64,000 nt of DNA from Candidatus Poriferihabitaceae bacterium. GTDB taxonomy: Bacteria > Pseudomonadota > Gammaproteobacteria > Arenicellales > Poriferihabitantaceae. Where the stretch lies: contig OZ251537.1 of the NCBI GenBank assembly GCA_965243285.1, positions 2,057,019-2,121,018 on the forward strand. The letters are read 5' to 3'. Numbering within the stretch: position 1 is the first letter of the stretch; each line of letters starts with the position of its first letter. The translations under genes were made by a program, and so were the position numbers. Positions 30,548 through 40,861 of the stretch are shown in pieces. The notes beneath the pieces were generated by a model. That model was not told the origin of the DNA and did not search any database. It worked only from the letters and a program-made list of their open reading frames with translations.

Positions 30548-33088
30548 ATGATGCCGATTTTATTGTTGATGTTTTGCGGCGGGGTGATTGCCACGCGGTT
30601 TTTTGCGCAATTGCCGGCGGCGGGGTTGCTTGGCGGCGGGTTGTTGGGGTTGGCGGCGATGCAGGTGGCGGCGGCGAGGCTGCCGTGGCGGCGGTGGGTT
30701 GGGCCGCCGATGGCGGCAGCGGTTCGGCGCTGTGGCCACGGACTAAAGTTAGGCCTGGCGTGGGCGCTCGGGGTGAGTTGGGCCAGTTGGGTGGCGGCGG
30801 CGGCGCTGCAAGTGGTTTTGCCGCCGATGTTGGAAAAAAAGGATGTGGTCGTGGTCGGGCAAGTGGTCGGCGTGCCGACGGCGCGCGATGGCACGCAGCG
30901 CTTCGATTTCGCAGTCGATGCGCTGCAATGGCAGGGCGGGATGTATCCGTTCGCCGGCAAAATTCGGCTGAAAATGTATCGCGAGCAGCCGCCCATCCGC
31001 CCTGGCGAGCGCTGGCGTTTCACGGCGCGTCTCAAGCAAGCGCGCGGCTACCAAAACCCCGGGGCCGGATTCGGCTACGAAACCCATCTGTTTCATCATC
31101 GCCTGCGCGCCACCGGCTATGTGCGCGCCGCGCCGATGCCGCTGCTGCTGGCGGCGCGCAGGCATTCGGTCACCGCCTTGCGCGCCCGGCTGGCAGGTTT
31201 TATCCAGCACACGCTGGGCTCTCGTCCGCGCGCCGGGCTGGTGGCGGCGCTCACGGTGGGCGTGCGCAACGACATGCGACCAGCCGATTGGGAGGTGCTG
31301 ATAAAAACCGGCACCATCCATTTGGTGGCGATTTCGGGCTTGCATATCGGCTTGGTGGCCGGGCTGGCGCTGGCGTTAGGCACGCTCGGCTGGCGTTTTG
31401 CCGGGGCCTTGCCAGCGGCGATGCCGGCGCCAAAAATCGGCGTGCTGGTCGGCGCCATGGCCGGGCTGGGGTACGCGCTGTTGGCCGGCATGACCATCCC
31501 CACGCAGCGCGCCGTGTGCATGTTGATGGTCATCGCCGTGGCGATGTTTTTTCAGCGCCGGGCGTTAGGATTCGAAACCCTGCTGCTGGCGCTGACGGCG
31601 GTGTTGGTAGCCGACCCTCTGGCACCCTTGGCCGGTGGATTCTGGCTATCCTTCGGCGCCGTGGCGGTGCTGATGGTGGCCGCCGCGCGCGCCCGCCGCG
31701 AGCATCCAGCGGCGGATTCCTCGGCCTCGGCCTATGCGCCGCGCGCCTGGTATACCCAGCCGGCGCAGCGCCTGGGGCGCACCATGGCGGCGTGGTCGGC
31801 GGTGCAAGGGGCGCTGTTTGTCGGCATGGCGCCGCTGTTGTTGATCTTGTTTCAGCGCCTTTCGCTGGTGGCGCCGTTGGCCAATTTGGTGGCCATTCCG
31901 GTGGTGTGCTTGGCCGCGGTGCCGCTGGCGTTGCTCGGTTTGCTGCTGTTTATGTTGGGGCTCGAGGGCGCGGCGGCGCTGGCGTTTTCGGCCTCGCTGT
32001 GGGTGTTGAACGCGCTGTGGGGGTTGCTCGAATGGCTGGCCGCCTTGCCATGGGCGGTGTGGATGCAGCCGGCGCCGCCGCTGTGGTCGTTGCCGTTGGC
32101 GGCCATCGGCATACTGCTGTTGCTGGCGCCGCGCGCCATGCCGGCGCGCTGGCTCGGGCTATTGTGGGTGCTACCCTTGATATCCGCGGTGCTATCGGGC
32201 GGTGGCGCGTCATCCGGTGATGCGCCGCTGGCGGCGGGCGAATACCGCTTCACCACCTTGGAAATCGGCCACGGCTTGGCCTCGGTGGTGCAAACCAGTC
32301 GGCATGTGCTGGTGTATGACACCGGCCCCAAATTCCCCGGCGGGCTGGATGCCGGCGCCAGCGTGGTGGCGCCATTTTTGCGTAGCCAGAATGCCGCCGC
32401 CATCGATATGCTCATCATCAGTCACGGCGACCTCGACCACATCGGCGGCCATATGGCGGTGCTGGCGCAATTCGACGCCGCCGACATCCTCACCAGCGTA
32501 CCGAACAAGGTGGCCAATTCCACCGCCTGCCGTGCCGGTCAACACTGGGTATGGGATGGGGTGGTGTTCGACATGTTGGCGCCGTCGGGCAGTGGCGCCA
32601 AGTTGCGCAAAAATTCACCGGCCCGCCCGGTGGTGGGCAACGATGCTTCCTGCGTGCTGAGAATCACCTCGCCCTATGGCACCGCCTTGTTGACCGGCGA
32701 CATCGGCCGCGCCACCGAGCATTATTTGGTGCGCAGCGGGCTAAATATCGCCGCCGATGTGCTGCAAGCGCCGCACCATGGCAGCAAAACCTCGTCCACC
32801 GGCATCTTTTTGAATCATGTGCAACCGCGCATCGCCATCGCCAGCACCGGCTATTTGAATCGCTACCGCCACCCCCATCGGGTGGTGCGCAAGCGCTATT
32901 TGGCGCGCCGTATTCCGCTGTATAACACCGCCGACGAAGGCGCCATCAGCGTATTTTTTACCACTGGCGGCATTTTTGTACAGGGACAACGCAGCCTGCA
33001 ACGCCGCTATTGGCTACTGCCGCCGCGACAATTAACGCAACGGATTCGTATCGATGGGGACGCACCGCTGTTGCCGCCGTCGTCCTGA
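30548..33088 (+). CDS. comEC: DNA internalization-related competence protein ComEC/Rec2
   Basis: Multi-TM competence domain (IKTGTIHLVAISGLHIG) and a C-terminal metallo-beta-lactamase domain (ISHGDLDHIGG, APHHGS). The start is set at MMPILLL (30548). The track ORF from 30242 adds a low-complexity leader. Confidence 0.8.
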   Translation: MMPILLLMFCGGVIATRFFAQLPAAGLLGGGLLGLAAMQVAAARLPWRRWVGPPMAAAVRRCGHGLKLGLAWALGVSWASWVAAAALQVVLPPMLEKKDVVVVGQVVGVPTARDGTQRFDFAVDALQWQGGMYPFAGKIRLKMYREQPPIRPGERWRFTARLKQARGYQNPGAGFGYETHLFHHRLRATGYVRAAPMPLLLAARRHSVTALRARLAGFIQHTLGSRPRAGLVAALTVGVRNDMRPADWEVLIKTGTIHLVAISGLHIGLVAGLALALGTLGWRFAGALPAAMPAPKIGVLVGAMAGLGYALLAGMTIPTQRAVCMLMVIAVAMFFQRRALGFETLLLALTAVLVADPLAPLAGGFWLSFGAVAVLMVAAARARREHPAADSSASAYAPRAWYTQPAQRLGRTMAAWSAVQGALFVGMAPLLLILFQRLSLVAPLANLVAIPVVCLAAVPLALLGLLLFMLGLEGAAALAFSASLWVLNALWGLLEWLAALPWAVWMQPAPPLWSLPLAAIGILLLLAPRAMPARWLGLLWVLPLISAVLSGGGASSGDAPLAAGEYRFTTLEIGHGLASVVQTSRHVLVYDTGPKFPGGLDAGASVVAPFLRSQNAAAIDMLIISHGDLDHIGGHMAVLAQFDAADILTSVPNKVANSTACRAGQHWVWDGVVFDMLAPSGSGAKLRKNSPARPVVGNDASCVLRITSPYGTALLTGDIGRATEHYLVRSGLNIAADVLQAPHHGSKTSSTGIFLNHVQPRIAIASTGYLNRYRHPHRVVRKRYLARRIPLYNTADEGAISVFFTTGGIFVQGQRSLQRRYWLLPPRQLTQRIRIDGDAPLLPPSS

Positions 33089-33102
33089 CCGTAAAAATCG
33101 GC

Positions 33103-34320
33103 TTATTCGCGCCGCGCTCGCTCGCCCTGCTGCCGCATGCCGGCCGCCACATCCACCTTCCACAGCAAATAGCCGCCGATGACGAACAGCAACAACAGCG
33201 CTAAGATGGCATCGCGTTCGTCGGCGCCGGGGATGAGAATGGGCACCAGCGCCATCAGCAAGGGTCCTAAAATGGCGGCGAATTTGCCCACCATATTGAA
33301 AAACCCAAAAAACTCGGCGCTTTTGGCCGGCGGCACGAAGCGCGCGTATAGCGAGCGGCTGAGGCTCTGCACGCCGCCTTGCACCAAGCCGATGGCGGTG
33401 GCCAGCCAATAAAAACCGGCGCTCGAATCCAGCCACCGCCAGGCGTATATCACCACCGCCGCATAGACCACAAGGCCGATTAAAATGCCGCGTCGCGGGC
33501 CGATTTTTCCGCCCAGCCAGCCGAAAAACAGCGCCGCCGGAAAGGCCACGAACTGCGTCAACAACAGCGCCGTAATCAAACTCTCCTGCGGCAAGCCCAA
33601 AATGCGGTCGCCGAAAAAAACCGCCATTTTGATGATGGCGCCGACGCCGTCAATGTAGAACCAATAGGCGATAAGGAATAAAAACAACGTGCGCATGCGG
33701 CGCAATTCCGCAAAGGTGGCGCGTAACTGGGCGAACCCCTGGCGAATCGCTAGTCGAGCGCCGCATGCTTCGGTGGGTCGGGATTCGCGCACCGCTAACA
33801 GTAGCGGCACGCTAAATAATCCCCACCAGATGCCGACGCTGATGAACGAGGCCGACAGCGCTTGCCCGGCATCGGCGAAGCCGAACCAGCCCGGCTGCGT
33901 CACCATCAGCACATTGAGCATGAACAGCAAGCCGCCGCCGATGTAGCCGAGGGCGTAGCCATACGCCGAGACGACATCGAATTCGGCCGGCTCGGCGACC
34001 TCGACTAACAGCGAATCATAAAAAATATTGGCGCCGGAAAAACCAATGGCGCCGCCGCCGTACAATATCAAGCCGACCCACCACATGCCCACATGCACCC
34101 ACGCCAGGGCGGCGCTCATCACTATGCCGAGCATGGCAAATACCGCCAAAAACCGCAGGCGGCGGCCGCCACGGTCGGCAATCGCCCCCAACACCGGGGC
34201 CGCGATGGCGATCAAAACGCTGGAGGCCGCCAAGGTGATATTGAACCAAAACTGCGCTTTGCCCACCGCGATGTCGGCCGTGAGGATGCTGTAAAACACC
34301 GGGAAAAACCCCGCCATCAC
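33103..34320 (-). CDS. MFS transporter (UMF1-like); the conserved N-terminus extends upstream of the first canonical start
   Basis: About 12 TM helices. The frame stays open to 34422 and encodes RTLSWALYDWANSAFATTV upstream of the GTG at 34320. There is no ATG, GTG or TTG in that stretch. Confidence 0.65.
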   Translation of the reverse strand: MMAGFFPVFYSILTADIAVGKAQFWFNITLAASSVLIAIAAPVLGAIADRGGRRLRFLAVFAMLGIVMSAALAWVHVGMWWVGLILYGGGAIGFSGANIFYDSLLVEVAEPAEFDVVSAYGYALGYIGGGLLFMLNVLMVTQPGWFGFADAGQALSASFISVGIWWGLFSVPLLLAVRESRPTEACGARLAIRQGFAQLRATFAELRRMRTLFLFLIAYWFYIDGVGAIIKMAVFFGDRILGLPQESLITALLLTQFVAFPAALFFGWLGGKIGPRRGILIGLVVYAAVVIYAWRWLDSSAGFYWLATAIGLVQGGVQSLSRSLYARFVPPAKSAEFFGFFNMVGKFAAILGPLLMALVPILIPGADERDAILALLLLFVIGGYLLWKVDVAAGMRQQGERARRE

Positions 34321-34524
34321 CGTGGTGGCGAAAGCCGAATTAGCCCAGTCGTATAACGCCCAGGAGAGCGTGCGGCGGTTTAATAACAGGTGGCGGATGG
34401 CGTGGCTCCGGTGGGTGGGGCGCTATTTGTGACGGGTTTACGGCTGGGGTTTTATGGCCAAGTTATGGCATCAGCGACGGCGAAAATCAGCATTGAATGG
34501 GATGCGAGTTCGGGTGAAATTTTA

Positions 34525-34837
34525 GGGAATTATATATCTAAATTTGCATGCTGGGTTTGATGTTGGGGTTTGATATTGCTTTGGCTGTTGGCTTTTAATT
34601 TTGATGTCGCTTTTGCTTTTGCTGTTGATATTGCTTTTGCTTTTGCTGTTGATATTGGTTTTTGCTTTTGCTGTTGATATTGGTTTTTGCTTTTGATTTT
34701 GATATTGCTTTTGGGCTTTTTCTTACTCCCCGCTTTGACTCCCCCTCCAAAAAGCAAAAGCGGGGGGGAGTGAAGAGCAAAATCAAAAGCCAAAAGCCAA
34801 AACCAAACCCACCGTGCAGATTTAGATATATAAATCC
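34525..34837. mobile_element. Modular intergenic element, copy 6 (short, with both terminal inverted repeats)
   Basis: Left end gggaattatatatctaaatttgcatgctgg. Right end ccaccgtgcagatttagatatataaatcc. A degenerate core lies at about 34725-34775. T-rich then A-rich microsatellites. Confidence 0.7.
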
Positions 34838-34869
34838 TCAAATCAACGCCAAATTCGACCGCAGTAACC

Positions 34870-35454
34870 TCACAACATGGCGCTGGCGGCGGTTAGGTAG
34901 CACCAGACATAATCGGCAAAACTCCAGCGGGTTTGGATTTCGAATACGGTGGCGGTGGGTTTGTGCAGCAAAATGCTGGCGTGGCCGAAGCGGGTTTGCG
35001 CGCATTGGGGGGGGTGGAATTGGCGTGCGTGCAAATCTAAGGGGCAGCCGCGGGCGAGAATCGCGGCGGCGTTTTCGCCGGCCAGTTCGAACACGGCGTA
35101 ATAGTCGGTGACTTCGGTGACGGCGTGGTGGGTGGATGCCAGGCGCTGCGCGAGGCGTTGCAGCAGCGGCTCGGTGGCGGCTAAATCGCAGCGCAGTAGC
35201 CATTCATCCGGCCCCAGCCAGAAAATGGTGCCGGCCTCGCAGTGCGCCGTGGTGTTCGCCAAAAGCGGTAGTGGCAGATGCAAATCTTGCGTGGCGCGCA
35301 TAAATTTCGCATTCGCCGGGTCGCCGCGGATATTGATTTTGCCGCACCACGGCAGTTCGCGTAAGCCAGCGGCCGGGCTTTCCATGGGCGGCCGAGCGCC
35401 GTACGGCGAAGTGGCCGCCGACTCGGGCGCGGCAACGGCGGTGAGGTCAGCCAT
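34870..35454 (-). CDS. soxG: Sarcosine oxidase subunit gamma
   Basis: It follows soxA with an 8 nt overlap (ATGGCTGA). Size and position fit soxBDAG. The start is the ATG at 35454. Confidence 0.75.
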   Translation of the reverse strand: MADLTAVAAPESAATSPYGARPPMESPAAGLRELPWCGKINIRGDPANAKFMRATQDLHLPLPLLANTTAHCEAGTIFWLGPDEWLLRCDLAATEPLLQRLAQRLASTHHAVTEVTDYYAVFELAGENAAAILARGCPLDLHARQFHPPQCAQTRFGHASILLHKPTATVFEIQTRWSFADYVWCYLTAASAML

Positions 35455-38400
35455 TGGCGCGTTCCCCATGGGGGTCGAGAAATACGCTGTCGACGATGAC
35501 GGCGCGATGGCGGGAACCGTCCAGCAACGGGATGTGCACGGTCTCGCCGCGGCGAGCGAAGCCGTCTTGGAGCAGCGCCAGGGCGATCGAGCGGCCCACA
35601 TTGGGGCTCATATAACTCGATGAGACATGGCCGAGCATCTTCATGGGCGGGGATTTGCGCACGCTTTCGACCACATGCGCGCCTTCGGGCAAAACGAATT
35701 TGGGGTCTTTGCTCAGCAAGCCGACCAGTTGTTTGCGCCCGGCGCGCGCCGTGTCGGGGCGCGCTAGCGAGCGCTGGCCGGCGAAATCCGCCTTAGATTT
35801 GGACACTATCCAGTCCATGCCGAGGTCGCCCGGCGTGGTGGTGCCGTCGGTGTCTTGACCGGCGATGATGAAGCCTTTTTCGGCGCGCAATATGTGCATG
35901 GCTTCGGTGCCGTACGGGCAGATGCCGTATTTTTCGCCGCCGGCCATCAGCGCCTGCCACAGCGCCAGCCCGAAGCGCGCCGGCACATTGATCTCATACG
36001 CCAACTCGCCGGTGAAACTTATACGAAACACCCGCGCCGGGATGCCGGCCACCGCAAAGCGGCGCATGGACATGAACGGAAAGGCTTCCGCGTCTAGCTG
36101 GGCATCGCATAAATCGGCCAACAATTCGCGGCATTTGGGGCCGCTTATCGAGGCCACGGCCCATTGTTCGGTGACGCTGGTGCAGTACACCTCGCTGCTC
36201 GGCCACTCGGTCTGCAGCCATTCTTCGAGCCAAGTGGCCACCCGCGCCGCGCCGCCGGTGGTGGTGGTCATGTGATAATGATTTTCCGCCAGGCAGGTGG
36301 TGACGCCATCATCGAACACCATGCCGTGCTCGTTTAGCATCAAGCCGTAGCGACAGCGCCCCGGCGCCAGTTTATTCCAGGCGTTGGTGTACATCATGTT
36401 GAGTAGGGCGATGGCGTCTTTGCCGCGGAGGTCGATTTTGCCGAGGGTGGAGGCATCGACTATGCCGATGGTGGTGCGTGCCGCCAGACATTCCCGCCGC
36501 AGCGCCGCGGCCATGTCTTCGCCGGCCAGGGGAAAATAAAACGGCCGCTTCCAATCGCCGACATCCTCGAAAACCGCGCCGCGCTGTGCGTGCCACGGGT
36601 GCATGGGGGTGGTTCGTTTTTGCAGGAATAACTCGCGCCTCTCGAGGCCGACGATGGAGCCGAAGGTGAGCGGCGTATACGGCGGGCGAAAAGTGGTGGC
36701 GCCGAGGGCTTGGATGGTGGTGCCTTGATTTGCCGCCAATGCCGCTAACGCGTTGAGGTTGGAGGTTTTGCCTTGGTCGGTGCCCATGCCGGTGGTGGTG
36801 TAGCGCTTGAGGTGTTCTGGCGAGGTAAAACCTTCGCGCTGCGCCAGCGCCAGGTCGGCCAAGGTGGAATCGTTAGCCAATTCGTGGAAGTGTTTTTTCG
36901 CGCCGCGGCCGATGGGGTGGTCGCAGGGCAACACCCACAGCGCGCGCATGGGCGACAAGCGGGGTTCGACGGTTTGCCATTTATCGGCCGCGGCGGCGTT
37001 AGCATCAGGCGCGGCGTTGGTAAAACCGGCGGCGGTGGCGGCGGTTTTACCGGCTTGGTCGCCTTGTGCCAAACACTCGGCCAAACTTTGCGCGCCACAG
37101 CAGGCGCCGGCGCCGCGCAATTGATTGGCGGCCTGCGCCTCGCATTGCGTGGGTAGAAAAGCATGCACTTTTTCGCTGTATTGCAGCGGCACTTTGGCTT
37201 GGCTGAATAGGTGCACGGTGGGCGTCCAGCCGCCGGAGACGGCGATGATGTCGCAGGGCAGGTGGCGCGCTTCGCCCACCGCTTCGGTGCCGTCGGCCGA
37301 TAACTCCATCACCGTGACTTGGGTAATTTTGCCGCGCCGGTAGCGCACCGCGCTGAGCGTGCTGTTGGCGTAAATGGCAATGCCGAGGGCGCGCGCTTGG
37401 GCGGCTAACTCGCCGTCCGCGGCTGGGCGTACATCGACGATGGCGACGTTGGAATCACCGGAATCGCCCGAATCGCCCGAATCGCCCGAATCAACCAAAT
37501 TCGCCGCGCCGCCGGCATTTTTAGTCATGGAATCGATGGAATCGGCGGCGCGCTTGGCCTCCATGGCGGCCAGATAGGCGCTGTCGTTGTTGGTGACGGT
37601 GACCACACGCCGCCCCGGCAGCACGCCGAAGCGGTTGATATAGGCGCGCACCGCGCCGGCCAACATCACCCCCGGGCGGTCGCAGTCGGCGAATACCAGC
37701 GGGCGCTCGATGCTGCCGGTGCATAGCACCACTTGCTTGGCGCGGATTTTCCACAGCCGCGCTTTGGGCGCTTGGGGGGAGTCAGCGTGCTGCGCCGGGC
37801 CGAGATGCTCGCTCACGCGCTGCTCGGCGACTAAAAAATTGTAGTCGTAATAGCCGGTGACCGTGGTGCGCGGTAGCAGCGTTACATGCGGCATTTTGCT
37901 TAAAGTGGCGACTCGCTGGGCGACCCAATCCATGGGCGATTGCCGGTCGATGGACATGGACGATTGCCGGTCGATGGCGTGCCGCTCGGCCAGCAAGGCA
38001 CCGCCGAACTCGGATTTTTCATCCGCCAAAATAATGCGCGCGCCGCTGGCGGCGGCGGCGCAGGCGGCTTGCAATCCGGCGCCACCGCCGCCGACGATGA
38101 GTACATCGCAATGCGCGTGGAGTTTGTCATAGCAATCTGGGTCCGGCGCCGTGGGCGCGCGCCCTAATCCGGCGGCGCGGCGGATGAATTTTTCATAAGT
38201 CATCCACCAGGCGCGCGGCCACATGAAGGTTTTGTAGTAGAAACCGGCCGGCAACAAACGCCACAGGCGCGCGCTGATGGCACCGAGGTCGAAAGCCGCC
38301 GACGGCCAGCAGTTTTGACTGCGGGCGCGCAGCCCGGGGTAGATTTCGATTTCCGTGGCGCGGCGGTTGGGCTCGGTGTGGCCGCCGCTTTCTAATTGCA

Positions 38401-38638
38401 CCAAAGCGTTGGGTTCTTCAGCGCCGGCGGAGAACACGCCGCGCGGGCGGTGGTACTTAAAACTGCGCCCCACCACCACAACCCCATTGGCGAGCAAGGC
38501 CGAAGCCAAGGTGTCGCCGCGGTGGCCGGCGTGTTTTTTGCCGTCATACCAAAAGTGAATCCTCTGGTCGCGGTGGATGCGCCCGCCGCTGGCGAGGCGA
38601 TTGATTTGGGTATCAGAATGCGGCGTGGGTTTCATCAA
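35447..38638 (-). CDS. soxA: Sarcosine oxidase subunit alpha
   Basis: 1063 aa. N-terminal 2Fe-2S/NAD-like region (CDVLIVGGGGAGL) and a C-terminal aminomethyltransferase-like folate domain. It contains two in-frame tandem expansions. Confidence 0.9.
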   Translation of the reverse strand: MMKPTPHSDTQINRLASGGRIHRDQRIHFWYDGKKHAGHRGDTLASALLANGVVVVGRSFKYHRPRGVFSAGAEEPNALVQLESGGHTEPNRRATEIEIYPGLRARSQNCWPSAAFDLGAISARLWRLLPAGFYYKTFMWPRAWWMTYEKFIRRAAGLGRAPTAPDPDCYDKLHAHCDVLIVGGGGAGLQAACAAAASGARIILADEKSEFGGALLAERHAIDRQSSMSIDRQSPMDWVAQRVATLSKMPHVTLLPRTTVTGYYDYNFLVAEQRVSEHLGPAQHADSPQAPKARLWKIRAKQVVLCTGSIERPLVFADCDRPGVMLAGAVRAYINRFGVLPGRRVVTVTNNDSAYLAAMEAKRAADSIDSMTKNAGGAANLVDSGDSGDSGDSGDSNVAIVDVRPAADGELAAQARALGIAIYANSTLSAVRYRRGKITQVTVMELSADGTEAVGEARHLPCDIIAVSGGWTPTVHLFSQAKVPLQYSEKVHAFLPTQCEAQAANQLRGAGACCGAQSLAECLAQGDQAGKTAATAAGFTNAAPDANAAAADKWQTVEPRLSPMRALWVLPCDHPIGRGAKKHFHELANDSTLADLALAQREGFTSPEHLKRYTTTGMGTDQGKTSNLNALAALAANQGTTIQALGATTFRPPYTPLTFGSIVGLERRELFLQKRTTPMHPWHAQRGAVFEDVGDWKRPFYFPLAGEDMAAALRRECLAARTTIGIVDASTLGKIDLRGKDAIALLNMMYTNAWNKLAPGRCRYGLMLNEHGMVFDDGVTTCLAENHYHMTTTTGGAARVATWLEEWLQTEWPSSEVYCTSVTEQWAVASISGPKCRELLADLCDAQLDAEAFPFMSMRRFAVAGIPARVFRISFTGELAYEINVPARFGLALWQALMAGGEKYGICPYGTEAMHILRAEKGFIIAGQDTDGTTTPGDLGMDWIVSKSKADFAGQRSLARPDTARAGRKQLVGLLSKDPKFVLPEGAHVVESVRKSPPMKMLGHVSSSYMSPNVGRSIALALLQDGFARRGETVHIPLLDGSRHRAVIVDSVFLDPHGERANG

Positions 38639-38759
38639 AATTTAACGCAGGTGATGGTGTCGATGCGGCCGAATTAGCCGCCGGAATTTACCGCTTGACT
38701 CATGTTTACTGTCAGCCGACGCATGAGACTCATGTTCATGTCAGCCGGTTTGTGAAAAT

Positions 38760-39065
38760 TCAACGCGCATCATCCACATCATCCGAATCCACCGCCACCT
38801 CGGGCCGCTCGGTGGGCTTATAGACCGCGTAAATGCGGTCGTCTCGAGTGTCGCGCGCGACCACCAACCAACGCCGGCAGCCGTGGGCGTGCACCCAGCG
38901 TTCGCGGTGCAGGCCGCGCGGGTTGGTGCGAAAAAACAGGTACTCGCCCCACTCGGCATCGGTAAGTAAAGACGGCTCGGGCGGGCGGGTGATGTGCGCC
39001 TCGCCGTGGCAGGCGAATTCGCTTTGGTCGCGGCATCCGCACCACGGGCATTCGAGCACAAACAT
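38760..39065 (-). CDS. soxD: Sarcosine oxidase subunit delta
   Basis: 101 aa beginning MFVLECPWCGCRDQSEF.CHGEAH (zinc-ribbon motif typical of SoxD). It starts 11 nt after the soxB stop. Confidence 0.85.
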   Translation of the reverse strand: MFVLECPWCGCRDQSEFACHGEAHITRPPEPSLLTDAEWGEYLFFRTNPRGLHRERWVHAHGCRRWLVVARDTRDDRIYAVYKPTERPEVAVDSDDVDDAR

Positions 39066-39076
39066 CGACTGGCCTC

Positions 39077-40321
39077 CTAATGCGCCACCGCGGCGGCGGC
39101 GCCTTCGTCTATCAGCGCGCCGCTGTTGAAGCGCTGCATGGAAAACGGCGCCGCCAGCGGATGCATTTCGCCGCGGGCGATGGAATGCGCGAACACATGC
39201 CCCGAGCCCGGGGTCGCCTTGAAACCGCCGGTGCCCCAGCCGCAGTTGAAAAATAAATTGCGCACCGGGGTTGTGGTGATGAGCGGCGAGCGGTCGACCG
39301 TTACATCGACGATGCCGCCCCATTGGCGCATCATTTTCAGGCGCGAAAATAGCGGGTATAACTCGACGATGGGGCCGACGGTGTGTTCGATGGCATCGAA
39401 GCCGCCGCGCTGGGAATAGGAATTATAGGCATCCGAGCCGGCGCCGATGACTAACTCGCCCTTGTCCGATTGGCTGATATAGGCGTGCACGCTGCCGGAC
39501 ATCACCACGCAATCTAAAATGGGTTTGATGGGCTCGCTCACCAGCGCTTGCAGCGGCACCGATTCTACGGGTAAGCGAAAGCCGGCCATATCGGCCAACA
39601 CGCTGCAGTGGCCGGCGACTACGCAGCCGACTTTGGCAGCGCCGATAAAGCCGTGATTGGTGTCCACGCCGGTCACCTGATTGCCGTCCTTGCGAAAACC
39701 GGTGACCTCGCAATTTTGGATGAGGTCTACGCCGAGCGCATCGGCGGCGCGCGCATAACCCCACGCCACCGCGTCATGGCGGGCGGTGCCGCCGCGGCGC
39801 TGCAACAACGCGCCCAAAATCGGGTAGCGACATTGCAGGTTGATGAACGGCACCATGGATTTCACCTGCGGCGGGGTTAGAAACTCCGAATCGATGCCGT
39901 TCAAATGAATGGCGTTGCCGCGCCGCCCGATTTCCTGCATATCGTGCACGCTGTGGGCGAGGTGCAACAGCCCGCGCTGGGAAAACATCACATTGTAATT
40001 CAGCGCCTGACTCAAGCCCTCCCATAATTTCATGGCGTGCTCGTAAAGATTAGCGGATTCATCCCACAGATAATTCGAGCGCACGATGGTGGTGTTGCGC
40101 CCGGTGTTGCCGCCGCCTAACCAGCCTTTTTCGAGCACCGCGATGTTGGCGACCCGGCATTCCTTGGCCAAATAATAGGCCGTCGCCAGCCCATGCCCGC
40201 CGCCGCCGATAATCACCACATCATAAGCCGCCTTCGGCGCCGGGCTGCGCCACGCCGGCTGCCAGCCGTGATGATAATTCAGCGCTTTGCGCGCCAAATT
40301 GAAGATGGAATAGCGATCCAT
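39077..40321 (-). CDS. soxB: Sarcosine oxidase subunit beta
   Basis: 414 aa with FAD motif [20 protein letters not shown] and C-terminal [11 protein letters not shown]. Confidence 0.9.
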   Translation of the reverse strand: MDRYSIFNLARKALNYHHGWQPAWRSPAPKAAYDVVIIGGGGHGLATAYYLAKECRVANIAVLEKGWLGGGNTGRNTTIVRSNYLWDESANLYEHAMKLWEGLSQALNYNVMFSQRGLLHLAHSVHDMQEIGRRGNAIHLNGIDSEFLTPPQVKSMVPFINLQCRYPILGALLQRRGGTARHDAVAWGYARAADALGVDLIQNCEVTGFRKDGNQVTGVDTNHGFIGAAKVGCVVAGHCSVLADMAGFRLPVESVPLQALVSEPIKPILDCVVMSGSVHAYISQSDKGELVIGAGSDAYNSYSQRGGFDAIEHTVGPIVELYPLFSRLKMMRQWGGIVDVTVDRSPLITTTPVRNLFFNCGWGTGGFKATPGSGHVFAHSIARGEMHPLAAPFSMQRFNSGALIDEGAAAAVAH

Positions 40322-40363
40322 GGTTAATGTTTGATGTTCGATGCGGCGGGTATCGATGCGGCT

Positions 40364-40789
40364 TCAATAATGCGCCAATAATTCATTGACCAACTCGTGT
40401 ATTTTGGGCTTGGCATCGATCCATTTGGCAAAGGAAGAACTGCCGCCTGTAGAATCATAGATGGCTTCACCATCGAGATGGCCGTTGCGGAAAATTTTGA
40501 TTTCCGCATAAGCCATGTATACCGTAATGTCCCAACTCCAGCGCGCCACATACCTCGCCGTCCATTCGCATTGCGGGAAAGTACTCGTTGAGTCAACCAT
40601 CTTAAATCGAATGCCGCGTTCGGCTAAAGCAGATTGAAATTCAAATATAAAACCCGAGCGTACTTTGGGATTTTCGACTATGCAAAGTTCATCGCCTTGG
40701 GCGAGTCCGGACGGCTCGACGGTTTGCCTGATGGTGCAAGCACAAAGCGCCAAACTGGTTAGCACAATAAACAAGATTTTTTTATTCAT
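40364..40789 (-). CDS. Small lipoprotein of unknown function
   Basis: Signal peptide plus lipobox MNKKILFIVLTSLALCAC. AT-rich composition. Co-directional and downstream of the methyltransferase gene. Confidence 0.55.
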   Translation of the reverse strand: MNKKILFIVLTSLALCACTIRQTVEPSGLAQGDELCIVENPKVRSGFIFEFQSALAERGIRFKMVDSTSTFPQCEWTARYVARWSWDITVYMAYAEIKIFRNGHLDGEAIYDSTGGSSSFAKWIDAKPKIHELVNELLAHY

Positions 40790-40861
40790 GTTTTATTCGC
40801 GGTTAATATATCGACATGGGGTTATTAAGCAACCGCCAGATTCATTGAATATGATGAACAT

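Noticed and set aside
30574-32220. Very long alternative-frame or antisense ORFs rich in Arg/Gly/Ala/Pro inside GC-rich genes. Examples: 548 aa in comEC, 303 aa at 24588-25499 in dsbD, 272 aa at 28522-29340 opposite groEL, and 245 aa at 1511-2248 opposite zorA.
   Set aside because: These are the typical stop-poor shadow frames of high-GC or compositionally biased coding sequence. The overlapping frame carries clear protein-family motifs in every case.
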